A DNA stretch of 64,000 bases from Chiloscyllium plagiosum (lineage: Eukaryota). Position 1 is the first letter of the stretch. Every line of letters starts with the position of its first letter. Below, piece by piece: positions 13,158-25,409 of the stretch. The stretch covers positions 14,644,602 through 14,708,601 of the forward strand of contig NC_057720.1 of assembly GCF_004010195.1 (NCBI RefSeq), written 5' to 3'. The notes beneath the pieces are model-generated. The model worked only from the letters and a program-made list of their open reading frames with translations. It was not told the origin of the DNA and ran no database searches. The translations under genes and the position numbers were made by a program.

Positions 13158-14008
13158 TTCTGATTTACAGCATCCTCAACTGTTTCAATTTTGATTTTTA
13201 AAAAAAAAATCATTAATGGCCATAGTCAGTGAGCTCCTATTTATCTTACTCTGGAAATTCTCGGTGATTCCACATATGGAGAACGGAGTGCAGCAGACAG
13301 TCATTTGGTGTCTTAATTCTTAAATATCAGTTGATGCCCAGCTGTAATAGCTTTTTGTGGCCAAAAGTTTGATTTTTGCATGAAGAGGTATTCTCTGACC
13401 TTACCCTGAGCAGCATGAGCTGTAATTTTGTGGCCCCTTGTTCGGGGGTTCCACCATCATACCTGACTACTGGAGGAAATAGTTTCTGCCTGTCCATTTA
13501 GCCTGTGAACTACTTTTAATAATTTTAAACCCCTCGATTGAATTACCCACTTGGTCTCTTAAACTTAACATCCTTAAATCTTACAACTGTTCTCAGTTCT
13601 TTCCATGGTAATAATGCTGTGCAAAATAAAATTATAGAAATAGCTGTTGCTTCTGCTTAGACTCTGGTGTCGAGATTTCATAAAGCTGGAAAATTTGCGA
13701 CCGAGGCACTATCTTGGAGTCTAAAGAGTTGAGAAACTGGAGCTTTCAATTTTTTGAGCTTTGGCATTGAGTGGCAAAGGTGGAGATTTTTTTAACTATG
13801 TGCAACGACTCTCATTTCTATCATGTGACCTGGTCATTGGCCACTATGACCAGTTCTACAGAGTTGAGTCCAAGTTAGTATCAAGAATCTAATTTGGCCA
13901 TTGGATCTTTGCAGTGCTTTTAATGGATTTAAAGCCTTGTGCATGAAATGAACTGAAGAATTTGGTATTTAAGCTCTGACTTGACTCATATATATTAATA
14001 CTTTACAG

Positions 14009-14129
14009 CGATCTACCAGTAACGAAACTAGAATTTGAACCAGAACCACCACCTGCTCCTCCAAGAGCTTCATCTCTTGGAGAAATTGGTGGGACCACAA
14101 CAGAAGTAAGAATTCCAGATAATGTACAG
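14009..14129 (+). CDS. PKN2: PKN2 exon, proline-rich linker (DLPVTKLEFEPEPPPAPPRASSLGEI...NVQ)
   Basis: tttacag acceptor, CAG|gtatga donor; EPPPAPPRASSLGEI is the PKN2 SH3-binding motif. Confidence 0.94.
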
Positions 14130-15359
14130 GTATGAACATGAAATACTGGGAAGGTTAAATGTAATTATGCCTAAGTTCTATAACTGTGCTATTGTAAAGC
14201 AATTCAAAATCGATTCCTAGTAGACTATTCAGAGTGCTGCTTTGTTTTACTGTTTATGCCATGAGGACTCCTACACTGTAAGGACTTTTCCTGTTGAGTG
14301 ATACAAAATAATACAACAAAGACTTACAGTTTCACTGCCTGTCATGAATGGAAATAGTGGGTTATAGTCACAATGTCCATTGTTCTTGAAGCAGAAGTTT
14401 CTTTTGTTCTCTTGTCGAGGCTCCGCACAGGCGGTCTGTCTCCAGACTGCCTCAAGCCACCAGATTTAAATCATGGTGAGCAGACAGCTCTGTCGTTCTC
14501 AGTGTGTATAATTTAAATAAATATGAACTTACAAGACTAGCTTTTGCACACAGCTGAAGGTCATAGTGACCACTCAAATGGTAAAAAAGCAGTATTTTAA
14601 AATGGGTGTTCATAGTCGATGGTGTGCCCTGATTACAGCAATAGATTATTGAATAACATTCATAATTAAATCAGAGTGGGAGAATGAGTGAACAGTTACT
14701 TTGATGCAAAGAGCAGTTTAATCACCACAGCTTGGGGTGGGTGGGTCGGGTGGAGGAAAGCTGTCAATGACGACTAAATGATCCGAAATACAATCGAATT
14801 TGAACTATAGCATGGAAATAAGCCATTCAGATCATTGCTTTCAAAGAACTGGAACAGAAACACAGTTGTGGTTAGTCCTACATCTCTGCTTTTTTTCGTT
14901 TGCACCCTCAAGAGTGTGTTCCGCTTAATTTTATAATTATTCATGTAATCCATTTCCACCATTCTTTTGAGTTAGTCTTCTAGGCCTCAACTGGGTGAAA
15001 AAAAGATCATCTTGCCTCCAAATATTTTGCTAATGATTTTGAATCTCTGACCTCTGGTTATTGATTCACTTGCTGAAGGGAATAGTTTTCTCTTGGCTCT
15101 GTCAAAACCTCTCATCATCTTGTAAATTTCAATTAGGTCACTTGTTAGCCTCATCTTTCCAAGAAGAGCTCACCATTGCTTTTGAGTTAGGCAATCTTTC
15201 TCTTAGACACATTTCCCTCAAAGAAAAGTTCAAACGTTATAATTTGGAGCACTTTTTTTGTGATGCACTTGTTTTGGTGCTACACCTTTCATTTGATTTT
15301 TGCTATTTCTGCTTCAAAACAAAAAATGTTCTAATTCTGTTTTACTCTCCTTTTTATAG

Positions 15360-15496
15360 GAAGCACTCTCAACTTTTGATTTCCTAAATGATAGAAACAA
15401 TATTGTTTCCAAGGTAGAGAACAATATCATTTCTGTGCCTGAGATACCCCACCCAGAGCTAAACTTTCGAACACTCCCACAGTCAGAAGACAAACG
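15360..15496 (+). CDS. PKN2: PKN2 linker exon (EALSTFDFLNDRNNI...SEDKR)
   Basis: Long polypyrimidine tract plus tag acceptor; CG|gtatag donor; phases fit both neighbours; FD..NDRN resembles PKN2. Confidence 0.88.
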
Positions 15497-15638
15497 GTAT
15501 AGTACTTTTAACCTTCTCTCTGTATATTTTAAGAGCTCATGGATTTGAAGAAATATTTAAATAGTCACTACTATGTGATCAACTCAACTGCAACTGTATA
15601 TATTAAGACTTATTATAATGAGATCTTTCATCTTTTAA

Positions 15639-15734
<96 letters not shown>

Positions 15735-15815
15735 TGAGAAATGCAATGTCTGTTTTGTGCTCTGAACCGTTGTGGTGAAATTTAATATTTGACTTTCAAT
15801 CTATACATAACGTAG

Positions 15816-15908
<93 letters not shown>

Positions 15909-16644
15909 TAAGATCTTAAGAACTGTATGTTGTCAGAGTATTTTCTGTAGCCTATAAATTTTGTTCCTAGGTATCTACGGGAAAGAATGGAAGCAGGATT
16001 TTTTAAATATAAGAAATTCTAAGCAGGAAGTTTGGAAAGAACTCCTCAAGCCACCTTCAGTAATTCTTTGCCGACTATTGGCGTTGGTGATGTTGCAAGC
16101 ACTTGATATAGACCATATGTGTGAGAAAGCCATTCTCTCTCATTTACTTGGCTGATGTGTGCAAGCTTAATATGTTTAACTTTAGGGCCATGTTTTTAAT
16201 CCAATTGCAACCAATACATCACGGGTAGCCAACCAAGTTGAGAAGAAAAGTCACGCTCGTGCTGTGGCTTCTAATGAACCAAAGAGCAAAAGGAAAAGCA
16301 AATCAGCAAACCAGTTGGACCATGCCTGTTGCAGTGTAGTGTCATCCTATTGGCAGTAGAGATAAATATTTAAGATTATATTTTTAACACTGAAATTTAG
16401 GGCTTACCGATACGCCTTGCCTATAGCAGACATTTGACTTTTTCTTCTGTGTTTCTACTTGTAGATTAAAGCAGCAGGCTTGAGTAAAATTTAGAAAATA
16501 ATATTGAAATAAAATTGTTTTTAGAGCATCACTTTTAGTTCCATATCATTGGCAATGTTGTCAGATTCAATAGTAAGTTGCTATTTTGTGTACTTTTGAT
16601 AAGTACTTTTGGAATTGCATTCATTGCTGAAGTGTAAAACCTAA

Positions 16645-16854
<210 letters not shown>

Positions 16855-17314
16855 TAAGTATTAACCAGTGCTTATATTCTTAACAGCTTATTACTTAGGC
16901 AACAACGCTGATCTATGCAGAGAACTTGACCCCCATTTTAAACTTCTGAATTTGAAGCAAAGAGCACCTTATTGACTGTCAGAAATGATGAAAGTAAATC
17001 CTTGCTGCAATATTGATCCTTACAATTTCACTAAAAACATTTTGATGTTTATCTTTTTGTCATTGGATAACAACACCAAAAACAAAAATACTGTGACACT
17101 AACTAAATCAGTGCATCTTGCTTGTATTAATGCTATTTTCCTGTTGATTTGTTAGAATATGACAGGTTGTTTCCTTGTCACTTGTGTCCATTAATCACAA
17201 TGGAAATAAATTGTCATTTATTTTTGCCATCTCTGAGACTTTTAATGAGCATAATGGTTGTCATGATGGAGAGAGGAAGGGAAGGAGGGAGGGAATGACG
17301 GAGTGAGCCCACAC

Positions 17315-18560
17315 CGATCCTCCACACTGCCAAGAGTCCTGTCTTTAACCCTATATTCAGCATTCAAATTCGACCTTCCAAAATGAATTACTTTGCATTT
17401 ATGCAGGTTGAACTGTCTGCCACTTATCAGCCCAACTCTGCATCCTGTTTAATGTCATGTTGTAACCTGCAACAGTCCTTGACATTATCGCAACACCACC
17501 CACCTTTGTGTCACTGGCAAACTTACTAATTCACCCTTCCACTTTATCAAAGTCATTTATAAAAACTACAAAGAGTAGAGGCCCAAGATCAGATCCTTGC
17601 AGGACACCACTGGTCACCGACTTCCAGGTGGAATACTTTCCATTCAGTACCACTCACTGTGGTCTTTTGGCAGCTAATTCTGTATCCAGACAGCCACATT
17701 TCTCTGTATCCCATACTTCCTAACTTTCTGAATGAGTGTATCATGGGGAACCTTATCAAATGCCTTACTGAAATCCATATACACCCCATCCACTGCTCGA
17801 CCTGCTTCAACTTGTCTCGTCACATCCTCAAAGAACTCAGTAAGGCTTGTGAGGGCATGACCTGTCCCTCGAAAAGCCATGAATATTGACCCCTCAAAGT
17901 TGCCACCCAAGTTGAGAGGGTTGTTAAGAAGGCATATGGCGTTTTTGGCTTTCATGAACAGAGGATTGAATTTAAGAACTGAAGTTTTGCTGCAGTTTTG
18001 TGAAACCCTAGTTAGACTATACTTGGGATATTGTGTCCAGATCTGGTCGCTTCATTACAGGAAGGATGTAGATGCTTCACAGAGAGGGTGCAGTGGAGAT
18101 TTACCAAGATGCGGCCTGGATTGGAGGGATTATCTTATGAAGAGAGGTTGAAATGAGCTTCGGCTTTTCACTTTGGAGAGAAGACGGAAGATAGGGGACT
18201 TGATAGAGGTGAACAAGGTAATGAGAGGCATAGATAGAGTAGAATGCCAGAGACTGTTCCCCAGGGCAGAAATGGCTGTCACGAGGAGTGATAATTTTAG
18301 AGTGATTGGAATAAGATGTAGGGGAAATGTCAGGGGTAGGTTCTTTACACAGGGAGTGGTGGGTTCATGGAATGCGCTGCCAGCGGTGGTAGTAGGTTCA
18401 GAGACATTAGGGACATTTTAAGCGACTGCTGGACAAGCACATGGATGGCAGCAAATTGAGGGATGTGTAGGTTAAGTTGGTCTCAGATTATGATCAATGA
18501 TCGGAACAACATTGTAGACCAAAGGGCCTGTAGTGTGCTGAACTGTTCTATGTTCTATGC
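17315..18560. mobile_element. CR1 LINE with inverted 5' part (17315-17885 minus, 17890-18560 plus)
   Basis: Minus-strand RT EFFEDVT..YMDFSKAFDKVPH; plus-strand LKVATQV...RFFTQGVVGSWNALP, ending TGTTCTATGTTCTATG. Confidence 0.88.
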
Positions 18561-19895
18561 TTACCTCCAGAGGTGACTGCACTTCAAATGTAATCCAAGA
18601 CCTTAACAGTTAATTAAGTCAGGACTATTAAATGATTTGCGTTTAAAACTTTTAGTCTCTTTCTACATGAAGACTGAATGATGAAAGCAAGCTAATAATA
18701 ATTCTTTTAGACTTGTGGATTTCTATTTTACATTAGTGATAGCACTGTGGCCTTACCAGTATTAAATGTAACACATTGTTCAAGAAACTACCACTATCTC
18801 TAGCAGGACAATTAAGGATGAGCAGCATGTAGTGAAACTCTCACCCCGTGAAAGAGCATTTATTTCTTTTACAGCAAAAATTCTTTTACTGAGCATTCTT
18901 CTTGCCTTGTGGAATTCTAAAGGCATGCTGTTTATTCTGTAGGCCGGTCAGTCTTTACAGCGAAATAATTATTTTCAAATAATCCATTTTTTTAATATAA
19001 TGTTTGCAATTTAAGTGTTATAGTTATTTGCCTATCCTTTTTTTTGTTAATATTTTGTGACATCACCTTTTCTGGTTAACTGATGTTGTATTCAGTCCTG
19101 AGACACATTATGTCAAGGCTCAGAAATTCATTACCTCAGCCTGATTATTTGGGACAAGGGAGGAACTGGAAGACTGAGCAGTTCTCGTTACCACATAGTG
19201 AGGAAATATTGGCTTTGGAGGGGGCATGTAGCGTAAATCTACATGAATGATACTTGGATGCTAAAGGTTTAATTTCACAGCAGCACTATATAACTAGTAA
19301 ATGCTGAAATTTAGAAGTTTTCATTTGGTTAAAATTTTCAAAATATTAAGGGGAGGGAGTAGGCAGGTGGAGAGTAACTATTTCTGCCTGCCTTGCGAGA
19401 TTGAAATTAGGAAACATTTATTCTACACTCAAAGGGTGTTAGAAATTTTGAATCCTTTTCTGGAAATAGCAATTGAAACTAGGCAAGGTGATTTTAAATC
19501 TGAGGCTCGGTAACAAAATTCTGTCAACATTGTTAATAGTGAAAGATCAAAAACTGATATGTAGTTAGCTTGCAGATCAGCTTTGATCTCATTTGAGGGA
19601 TGATACTGACTCGAAGAAATAAATGGCCACTTGTTGCTCAATAAATAGGCTTCAGTTCATTTTTTTGTAGTTTTCATGTAGACTCTGGTCTGGTTGAAAA
19701 CTTGTAACAAGGAGCCTGAGGAGATGAGAAAGCTAGGAAAGATTGTCTACTGTATCGGTAGAACTAGCGGGAGGCAAAAGAAAATTCTCAACGATCACTC
19801 ATTTGTCACCTTTTCTGAGACGGTATGCTAAGTTAGAAATACAATTGTAATTTAAGCTTTTTAAAATATTAATTAACTTGATTTCTCTGTGATAG

Positions 19896-19958
19896 GTTTT
19901 ATGCTGCTTGTGTGGTTCTTGGTTTACAGTATTTGCACGAACACAAGATAGTTTATAG
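19896..19958 (+). CDS. PKN2: PKN2 exon (FYAACVVLGLQYLHEHKIVYR)
   Basis: gatag acceptor, AG|gtaagt donor. Confidence 0.96.
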   Translation, partial: VLCCLCGSWFTVFARTQDSL

Positions 19959-20605
19959 GTAAGTAGCAAAATAATTGGTAGTTATTGGTCTGCTTTTAGG
20001 TTTCTTTTGTTAATAGAATAGTTCCACCATGTATAGGTGCCAATATGGTGTGATGCACACTACAGCAAATAACTGCTCATTTGCAATAATGTTACCGAAT
20101 CACCTGATCATCTAAAGGCGCACTGTTGACTGCAAGTTCTAGCTGTGGAATATGCAAATATTAATGTTCATGGAGTATATAAGGAAATACTTTTTTAAAA
20201 AAAACTCCTTTTTCTGGATGAGGCTTTGCAAATTTTAACCATTTTAAACAATCTGCTAAAAGAACTGATTGTCAAAGAGGGCCCAGCATGTCAGAAGGAA
20301 ACCCTCTAAGCAAATATTATGTAAGGTTACCAAAATGACCACATGTAAATGCACAATTGCCCCATATCTTGTATTTTGAAAGCAGTTGAAGGTTCAAAAA
20401 ATGTTCAAAGATAATTGCAACAAGTGTCACCTGGACAGGGTCAGATAATTTGAATTATTTTTGAGATTGCTGGTTAGTGATTTATTATTGTTATCTGATT
20501 TCAGCGTAATCCTTTCTGCTTATTATTCCCCTCCTCCCCCAGCTCTCATCTCTACCCTTCCCCCAACTCCCCCTCCCTGCTGAGCAGAAATGATGGGATT
20601 CAATG

Positions 20606-21463
20606 CCAAAAGAGAGAATGCTGGAAAATCTCAGCAGGTCTGGCAGCATCTGTAAGGAGAGAAAAGAGCTGACGTTTAGAGTCTAACTGACCCTTTGTCA
20701 AAGCTATTTGGCTTGATGCTCAGTGATGTGGTCATGATGCAGGGGGAGGTAGGAGGAGGACTCTGAGAGTTGGCGCTCAGCCTCTGCGAGGTAGAGGTCA
20801 GTATGCCAGGTGACCACAGCACCCCCTTTGTCAGCAGGTTCATGACAAGGTTGGGGTTGGACCTAAGGGAGCAAAGAGCAGAAAGTTCTGATGGAGAGAG
20901 GTTGGAATGGGTAAGAGGGGCAGAGAAATTAAGGCGGCCAATGTCCCGTCGACAATTGTCAATGAAAAGATAGAGGACAGGAAATTGTCCTGGCGTGGGT
21001 GTCCAATTAGAGGTGGAATGTTGGAGGGATGTGAAAGGATCTGTGGAGCGGGGGGTGGGGGGAGGACTCTTGCCCAAAGAAGTGAGGGCGAAGGCGACGG
21101 AAGAAGAGCTCAGCATCATGTTGAGCCCGGAATTCAATGAGGTGGGGATGGAAGGGTACAAAGCTGAGTCCTTTGCTGAGAACAGCATGCTCAGCCTCAG
21201 AGAGAGGAAGATCAGAGGGTATGGTCAACACACGGCAAGGGCTGGGGCTGGAAGAGATGGGGTTCGAGGGATGGCAAGAAACAGGAAAAGTTTGGAGTTA
21301 AGGAGTCGAATAATGTCAGAAGGAGCTTTGACAAAGGGTCAGTTAGACTCTAAACATCAGCTCTTTTCTCTCCTTATAGATGCTGCCAGACCTGCTGAGA
21401 TTTTTCAGCATTTTCTCTTTTGGTTTCAGATTCCAGTATCCGCAGTAATTTGCTTTTATCTTG
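20606..21463 (-). mobile_element. Penelope-like element insertion with 100 bp inverted termini and 12 bp target-site duplication
   Basis: Arms 20606-20705 and 21324-21423; internal minus-strand LSEAEHAVLSKGLSFVP..FFRRLR (PLE ORF N-terminus); TGGGATTCAATG at 20594-20605 and 21464-21475. Confidence 0.85.
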
Positions 21464-21619
21464 TGGGATTCAATGGTTATTTTTAAAAATACTAATTTGC
21501 TTTGATAGGGTAAATGAGGAGGAACAGTTTCCAATGAATCTCGTATAATCCAAAGTGCCCTATCTTGAAGCAGATTCAAAATAGTGTCATTCAAAAAATA
21601 ATTGTGTAAATTCTTCATT

Positions 21620-22119
21620 NNNNNNNNNNNNNNNNNNNNNNNNNNNNNNNNNNNNNNNNNNNNNNNNNNNNNNNNNNNNNNNNNNNNNNNNNNNNNNNNN
21701 NNNNNNNNNNNNNNNNNNNNNNNNNNNNNNNNNNNNNNNNNNNNNNNNNNNNNNNNNNNNNNNNNNNNNNNNNNNNNNNNNNNNNNNNNNNNNNNNNNNN
21801 NNNNNNNNNNNNNNNNNNNNNNNNNNNNNNNNNNNNNNNNNNNNNNNNNNNNNNNNNNNNNNNNNNNNNNNNNNNNNNNNNNNNNNNNNNNNNNNNNNNN
21901 NNNNNNNNNNNNNNNNNNNNNNNNNNNNNNNNNNNNNNNNNNNNNNNNNNNNNNNNNNNNNNNNNNNNNNNNNNNNNNNNNNNNNNNNNNNNNNNNNNNN
22001 NNNNNNNNNNNNNNNNNNNNNNNNNNNNNNNNNNNNNNNNNNNNNNNNNNNNNNNNNNNNNNNNNNNNNNNNNNNNNNNNNNNNNNNNNNNNNNNNNNNN
22101 NNNNNNNNNNNNNNNNNNN
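21620..22119. other. Assembly gap (500 N)
   Basis: Run of exactly 500 N. Confidence 1.
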
Positions 22120-22473
22120 TCAGTAAATCCTAATAGTGGGCCTATCAACATTTTTTTTCACACGTCAGGAGAGGTTAATCCAGGAAAAATATTGTACACT
22201 GACTTTTTTTATAAAAGATATTTTTGCCTCAAGAGCCAAGTGACCCTTTTTGAAGTAGTGATTGTTGGCATGTCTAAGCAAAATTAGCTCCTTGTGTGGG
22301 GAGGGTGTTTTCCACTGACCCGCGGAGAAAAGTTGCTTGAACAAAGCTCATTTACCAGTTAATTAAATCTGCATCCTGGCCTGCTATAAATGCATGTAGT
22401 GCATTAGCTAAAGCAGAGATTATTAATGCAGCTTTTCAGAAGAGTGGTAGGACTGCACCAGTATTGAAGAGCA

Positions 22474-22773
22474 ATTAGATTAGATATTCCCTACAGTGTG
22501 GAAACAGACCCTTCAGCCCAATAAGTCCACACCAACCCTCCGAAGAATAACCTACCCAGGCCCATTTCCCTCTGACTCATGCAACTAACACTACGGGCAA
22601 TTTAGCATGGCCAATTCACCTGACCTGCACATCTTTGGATTGTGGGAGGAAACCCATGCAGACACTTGGAGAATGTGCAAACTCCACGCAGACAGTCGCC
22701 AGAGGCTGGAATCGAACCTGGATTCCTGGCACTGAGAGGCAGCAGTGCTAACCACTGAGCCACTATGCCGCCC
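22474..22773 (-). mobile_element. tRNA-derived V-SINE (HE1-like), full length
   Basis: Minus strand: A box TGGCTCAGTGG, B box GGTTCGATTCC, V-domain GTGGAGTTTGCACATTCTCC, CR1-like 3' end with (TAATC)n tail. Confidence 0.88.
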
Positions 22774-23504
22774 ACAGGTGATTCCTCAAGAAGATGCCGA
22801 ATACAAAGGAACCTCGAATATCCCAAGGACACGGGCAGAGAGTATTTCGTTCATTTAATCGCATGCCGGATAAACGAGGTTTCGCTGTATTACTTATTCC
22901 CAAAAACTTGTTTCCACCTCCACCCCATCGATAGTGAGCCTAAATTCTTCGAGTTTACCAGAATTCTGGGCACAGTTTTGAGATACTTGTGCAGGGAATT
23001 TAGTAGTAGGTTTAAGGAAAGTGTTTCTTCATTTTGTAGGAGTAGTGGAGAAGTTGAAAGATATTGCATATCATCTTCTGTACCTATTTGATTCAAATAA
23101 ATTGACTTGAGTTGCACATTCAAACCTGGGGGGCTCAGGTTTTAATATTGACAATTCTCAAAGCGAGGTAAATGTAGAGCTGGGCCCATGAAATTTGTTG
23201 AAACATGTAAATTTTCTTGTCATGAGTTATTGCTAAAAACTATTTGATATATGCAAAGATGGCTTCGTCCTGTTAACAACAACAAATTACAATATAATGG
23301 CAATTAAGAGGCAGTAGGGGTGTTGAAATCAGAATGCTAAAATCTAAATTCATCGGTGTTGCGTATGGGCCATTTGGACCATGGTATTATTGAATCCCGT
23401 TTGGTTGTAATTTGTGTAAATGTGTTACTTCTACACGTGCCGTTGTTGATCCTTTGATGCAAAGAGTTCAGCTAAATGTTAATTGGCATTTTTGTTGTTG
23501 TTAG

Positions 23505-23642
<138 letters not shown>

Positions 23643-23782
23643 TAAAGCTAACTGTTTGGGTGATTGAATTTTGTGCAACTTTTGTGAATGTGTTCTAATA
23701 GTAGCAAATGTTGTTTAAAAAGGTATGAGGAAAAGCTTTTTTGTGTATTACATTATGGCTGAAATGAGAGGAGTCTTTGTTT

Positions 23783-23935
23783 AAGGAAAAAGCAAAGAAC
23801 TGCAGATGCTGTAAATCAGAAGCCAAGAAGTTGCTGGAAAAGCTCAGCAGATGTGGAGAAAAGTCAGAACTAGGTAGAATCACTGGACCTGAAACATTAA
23901 TTCTGTTGAGCTTTTCCAGCAATTTCTGTTTTTGT
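23783..23935. repeat. Degenerate PLE-derived inverted-repeat element
   Basis: GAAGTTGCTGGAAAAGCTCAGCAGA ... TCTGTTGAGCTTTTCCAGCAATTTC. Confidence 0.7.
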
Positions 23936-25202
23936 GTGGGGGAGGAGTTTTGGTCACATGAATTATTTTAACCTTATTCCTCATACGGCCAATTGCAGAC
24001 TTTCTCTGCATTGACTAAAAATAAAAAAGATGCATCAATCTGGCTTTCAATATACAACAGTTTTGGTTTATTATAACAAAAAACTTATTCAATGATGATA
24101 CAAAACTGGTTAACACACTTAGTTTATAACGCAACCAAGAACACACACCCCTGTAAAAGGAAGAAAGTGGATTTCTCTCTGCAGTTTCACTTTGAAGGGG
24201 AGATAAAAACCTTGACACTTTTGGCTATACCTTAAACCCAGAAGGCCCAAAACCCAGAACGTGGAATTTTCAGACACTTGTCAGTCTAACATTCAGGTTC
24301 AAAAAGACACGTCAACGAAAACAAGTGAATTCTCTGGTATTTTTGCTGAGGAAGCACTGTATTGAGAATTCCTCTGGGCCCTCTTCAGGACTCAGATTCA
24401 GACTGGACCGTTACTTCAGGCACCACAGTGCACCTGCAAAGATGTTTTTGAAAAACAGGAGAGTTTGGATGGAAGGCTGTTTTGTTCCCAGGCTGACGAC
24501 AATCTCCAAAGAAGTTGCAGCCTGGTGATCAGAGAACTAGGATTGCTCTGCAGTAAATAAGGAGCGATTTCAAATCATGAAACTTTTGAGAAATTTGTTG
24601 TTTTAGGAAAATGTTCCACTCTCTTTTCATTTTGAGTTTTTTAAAAAAGTCAATCCATAACCAGTGTGAGGCAAACAAAATAGCTTTTATAAGAATAAAT
24701 GACAATTGTGTGATGCTTGCATACCCGACTAAGCCTTAAATTCTGTGACCTACGAAGTTTTCCCAGATTTGTATCATTAAGGGAATTTTGAATTAAATTT
24801 TTAGAGCAAAAGATTTCAGGCTTTAGGTCAACTGTGTAAAAGGTGTTTAAGCTGAAGTTTTATTGTCATTGCTACACAGCTACAGCTTTGAAGTAATTCT
24901 GGAGTTGTAGTAAAGCCCAACCCGTAGTTTCTGTGCTTTGGTATTTTTATGGTCTTGAGGGAAACTCTGTAAATGTGTAATTACACAAGCAGAATTGCTG
25001 TTGTGGACAGGAAATTGTCTGGTTATAGACATTGCATAAGGTGAAGCAGTCAAGAGTGGTCATTTCCACAATTGACTGACAGACTCAAAGCTGGATGGTC
25101 TTGTGACTTTTATTCTTGGTTCAATCTTGTGACCCATATCAATTGTATTGAGATATGTCTATTAACTATAAAATTCTGACCTTAATCTCCCTCTTCTTTT
25201 AA

Positions 25203-25409
<207 letters not shown>

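Noticed and set aside
14811..14870. 60 nt stop-free AG..GT segment as an extra PKN2 exon
   Set aside because: The polypyrimidine tract is poor and the start resembles a decayed reverse CR1/SINE tail (CATGGAAA..GCCATTCAG).
21602..22151. ORFs of 174-178 aa
   Set aside because: They consist of the N gap.
22700..22773. tRNA gene
   Set aside because: The A and B boxes continue into the V-domain and SINE tail, so this is a SINE head.
19959..23504. PKN2 as a pseudogene lacking the DFG/activation-loop exons
   Set aside because: All visible exons are intact with valid splice sites, and the loss coincides with an assembly gap.
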